From assembly GCA_964501915.1 (NCBI GenBank), contig CAZCVP010000003.1, positions 19,259-83,258 on the forward strand: a stretch of DNA of 64,000 nt, written 5' to 3'. Positions 61,546 through 64,000 of the stretch are shown here, piece after piece. The position numbers were made by a program, and so were the translations under genes. The stretch's first letter is position 1. Every line of letters starts with the position of its first letter. The notes beneath the pieces are model-generated. The model had not been told where the DNA came from. It did no database searches and saw only the letters and a program-made list of their open reading frames with translations. The stretch comes from an uncultured Enterobacterales bacterium (GTDB taxonomy: Bacteria > Myxococcota_A > UBA796 > CAJQPC01).

Positions 61546-62865
61546 TCACCCCTCGAAGGCCCGGTCGGTGATCTCCAGCCCGCGATCGATGATCTCGAAG
61601 CCGTGGCTCAGCTCGTCCTCGGTGATGACCAGCGGCGGGTTGGCCATGAAGCTGCCCCAGCGGACGAAGGTGAACAGGCCCTGGTCGCGGAAGAAGGCGC
61701 CGAGCTCCTTCATGGCCGGGTGGGTGCCGTTGTAGGGCGCGATCGACTCCCCGGCGCTGTTCTTCTGCACGTCGATCATGCCGAACATGCCGATGCAGCG
61801 GTACTCCCGCATCGAGGGGTGCTTCGCCTGGAGCCGATCCAGCTCGGCCCGCATCACGGACTCCATCTTGGCGGCCCGCTCGACCAGGCCCTCCTCCTCC
61901 ATGACATCGATGACGGCCAGGGCCGTGGCCAGGCCCACCGGGTGGGAGTTGTAGGTCAGGCCACCCCAGAAGGTGTTCTCGCGGAAGTGGTCGGCGATCT
62001 CGTCGCGCAGCCCCACGGCGCCGAGGGGGGCGTAGGAGCTTGTCAGGCCCTTGGCCATGCTCACGAGGTCGGGGACGATGCCGGCGTGCTCGAAGGCGAA
62101 CCACTTGCCGGTGCGGCCGAAGCCACACATGACCTCGTCGCAGATGAGCAGGATGCCGTGCCGGTCGAGCAGCTCGCGCAGTCCCTGGAGGTAGCCGGGC
62201 GGCGGCGGCAGGACCCCGTTGGTGCCGGTGACCGTCTCGATGATCATCGCGGCGATGGTGTGGCCGCCTTCGTAGTCGATGACCTCTTCGAGGTACTCGA
62301 GGTTGCGGCGAGCCTGCTCCTCGGGCGTGTCGCCGAAGGAGACCTTGTAGGGGCGGGGGTCCAGCACCCGGACGTGGCCCGGAGGTCCCGGCTCGTTGGC
62401 CCAGCGCCGCGGATCCCCGGTCACCTGCATCATCAGGTTGGTAGCCCCGTGGTAGCTGCGGTACCGGCTGAGGATCTTGTGGCGACCGGTGAACAGACGA
62501 GCGGCACGGATGGCGTTCTCGTTGGCCTCTGCACCGCCGAGGGTGAAGAAGAAGGTGTTGATGTCGCCCGGCACCAGGCTGGCCAGCTTGCGACCCAGCT
62601 CGGCGCGGACGCGGGTGGCGCTGTGGGGGAAGGCGTAGACCAGCTCGTCGAGCTGGGCCTTCATCGCGGCGATGACCTTGGGGTGGCCGTGGCCGATGTT
62701 CACCGACATGAGCTGGCTGTTGAAGTCCAGGATGCGCTCGCCGTCCAGGCCATGGAGCCAGACGCCCTCGGCCCCGCCGATGGGCAAGGGGGCGACCGCG
62801 TCTCTCGGGGCCCAGTTGAAGAGGGTGTGGCGCTTGCAGAGCTCGACGATCTCGGCCGTTTCCAT
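61546..62865 (-). CDS. class III (omega) pyridoxal-phosphate-dependent aminotransferase
   Basis: I placed the start at METAEIVELCKRH. Motifs: FTLGGAEANENAIR, LICDEVMCGFGRTG, and SMAKGLTS (PLP-Lys). Confidence 0.9.
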   Translation of the reverse strand: METAEIVELCKRHTLFNWAPRDAVAPLPIGGAEGVWLHGLDGERILDFNSQLMSVNIGHGHPKVIAAMKAQLDELVYAFPHSATRVRAELGRKLASLVPGDINTFFFTLGGAEANENAIRAARLFTGRHKILSRYRSYHGATNLMMQVTGDPRRWANEPGPPGHVRVLDPRPYKVSFGDTPEEQARRNLEYLEEVIDYEGGHTIAAMIIETVTGTNGVLPPPPGYLQGLRELLDRHGILLICDEVMCGFGRTGKWFAFEHAGIVPDLVSMAKGLTSSYAPLGAVGLRDEIADHFRENTFWGGLTYNSHPVGLATALAVIDVMEEEGLVERAAKMESVMRAELDRLQAKHPSMREYRCIGMFGMIDVQKNSAGESIAPYNGTHPAMKELGAFFRDQGLFTFVRWGSFMANPPLVITEDELSHGFEIIDRGLEITDRAFEG

Positions 62866-63071
62866 CGCTGACTCCAGGTCGGACTTCGAGCCTAATGGGG
62901 GCTCGACGGGCCGGCTATGCTGCGTCGCATGAACGAGGCTGACTGGCTCCGCAAGCGCTGGAAGCACCGCTTCCGCGGCTGCTCCGTGCTCCCGGCGGTG
63001 GTGCTGCTGGGCGCCGGGCTCGCGGCCCTGGTGAGCTGGCTGGCCTGACAGCGGCGAGCACCGCAGCGGGC

Positions 63072-64000
63072 TCAGGAGGGGGCGCTGGCCTGCTGGGGGA
63101 GCCTGCCGAGCACCAGGACCGTGGCCAGGCAGGCGGCGGCGCCGAGGATCAGGCAGAGCCACAGCGGCGCTCCCAGCCCGATCGGCAAGGTGCCGGCGAG
63201 GACGCTGATGATGCCGGTGGCCATGGCATAGGGGAGCTGGGTGCGCACGTGGGCCACGTGATCGCACTCGGTCCCCAGGCTGCTGAGCACCGTGGTGTCG
63301 GAGATCGGCGAGCAGTGGTCGCCCCAGCAGGCCCCGGACAGCACGGCGCCGACGGAGGCGAAGGCGATGGGCATGCTGTCGGGCGCCACGGCGAAGGTGA
63401 GGGGCACGACCATCGGCATCAGGATGCCCATGGTGCCGAAGCTGGTGCCGGTGGCGAAGGCGCACAGGGCCGCGACACAGAAGACGAGGGTCGGCAGCCA
63501 GACCGGGGAGAGGCTGCCCTCCAGCACGCTGACGAGGTAGCCGGCCGCCTGGAGCTCGCCCATGGCCGCGCCGAGTGCCCAGGCCAGGAACAGGATGATC
63601 AGGGCGTCGAAGAGCGCCCCCATGCCGTGGACCGCAGCGTCGAAGGCCTCCCTGGGGTCCAGCGCCCGCTGGACGATGGCGATGGCGATGGCCAGGATGA
63701 CCGCCGCCAGCGAGGCCCGCAGCATGGCGTCGTAGCCGTCGGCGTTGCCCAGGATCTCGAAGACCCGCGCACCGGGCTCCGAAGCCGCGACGCCCTGGGA
63801 CCAGAGGTCCCTGCCGGCCACGCCCAGGAGCGCCGCGATGGGCAGGATCGCCAGCCAGATGCGGCTCGGGGGCATGCGCTCGGCGGCCTCGGCCTCCGCG
63901 GCGAGCTCGTGACCCACGGACTCCTCGGCCTGGAGCATCGCCCCGAAGTCCCGCCCGGTCCAGGCCACGACGCCGACGAAGAGGATCGTGAACACGCTGT
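63072..64000 (-). CDS. NhaC-family Na+/H+ antiporter, C-terminal part (gene runs off the window)
   Basis: The polytopic hydrophobic ORF is open to the window edge. It has a conserved GDHCSPISDTTVLSS block typical of the NhaC family. Confidence 0.7.
   Translation of the reverse strand, partial: SVFTILFVGVVAWTGRDFGAMLQAEESVGHELAAEAEAAERMPPSRIWLAILPIAALLGVAGRDLWSQGVAASEPGARVFEILGNADGYDAMLRASLAAVILAIAIAIVQRALDPREAFDAAVHGMGALFDALIILFLAWALGAAMGELQAAGYLVSVLEGSLSPVWLPTLVFCVAALCAFATGTSFGTMGILMPMVVPLTFAVAPDSMPIAFASVGAVLSGACWGDHCSPISDTTVLSSLGTECDHVAHVRTQLPYAMATGIISVLAGTLPIGLGAPLWLCLILGAAACLATVLVLGRLPQQASAPS

Noticed and set aside
62917-63048. 43-codon ORF (MLRRMNEADWLRKRWKHRFRGCSVLPAVVLLGAGLAALVSWLA) divergent from the aminotransferase gene
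   Set aside because: It is plausible as a small single-pass membrane protein, with G/C-rich third positions and a basic N-terminus followed by one hydrophobic helix. It is too short to support without homology or expression data.

Overview
This is a high-GC bacterial chromosomal window, judged by eye from G/C-saturated third codon positions. It is densely coding on both strands. I could support no rRNA, tRNA or CRISPR array. Several features suggest Myxococcota, but this is inference only: a MYXO-CTERM-type sorting tail, 'putative metal-binding motif' repeats (DCDD..NP.A.E.CDG.DNDCDG), FG-GAP/CRTAC1-type proteins, and many lipoproteins with short M..LLL.(A/G)C signals.

Ordinary content includes:
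- a Pao/xanthine-dehydrogenase-family molybdoenzyme
- an acyl-CoA synthetase
- an S46 (DPP7-like) peptidase and an M3 peptidase
- an LRR protein
- a hybrid histidine kinase
- an SDR, a class-III aminotransferase and a partial NhaC antiporter
- a small accessory islet (PIN/RHH toxin-antitoxin pair plus a truncated IS4 transposase)
- an IS200/RAYT-like HUH transposase gene with flanking repeats

The unusual content is a very high density of radical-SAM-fold genes: nine in 64 kb.
1. Block B (about 38.2-49.4 kb) is co-directional. It holds two HxsD-like small proteins, a PfkB-SIS fusion and a 1492-aa modular lipoprotein. Next comes an 88-aa peptide ending in (His-Gly-Ser)x4-5, then three translationally coupled radical SAM genes. 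I read this as a divergent, expanded His-Xaa-Ser (HXS)-type peptide-maturation system.
2. Operon A (23.5-33.4 kb) is paralogous. It has three radical SAM genes and one degenerate radical-SAM-like gene, coupled to a paralogous 768-aa lipoprotein. It ends in a metal-binding-motif/FG-GAP gene broken by two in-frame stop codons. I found no precursor peptide there.
3. An inverted pair of B12-binding radical SAM paralogs at 1.1-5.9 kb flanks an alkaline-phosphatase/BNR lipoprotein.

All functional calls rest on motifs I recognised by eye. No searches or computations were run.
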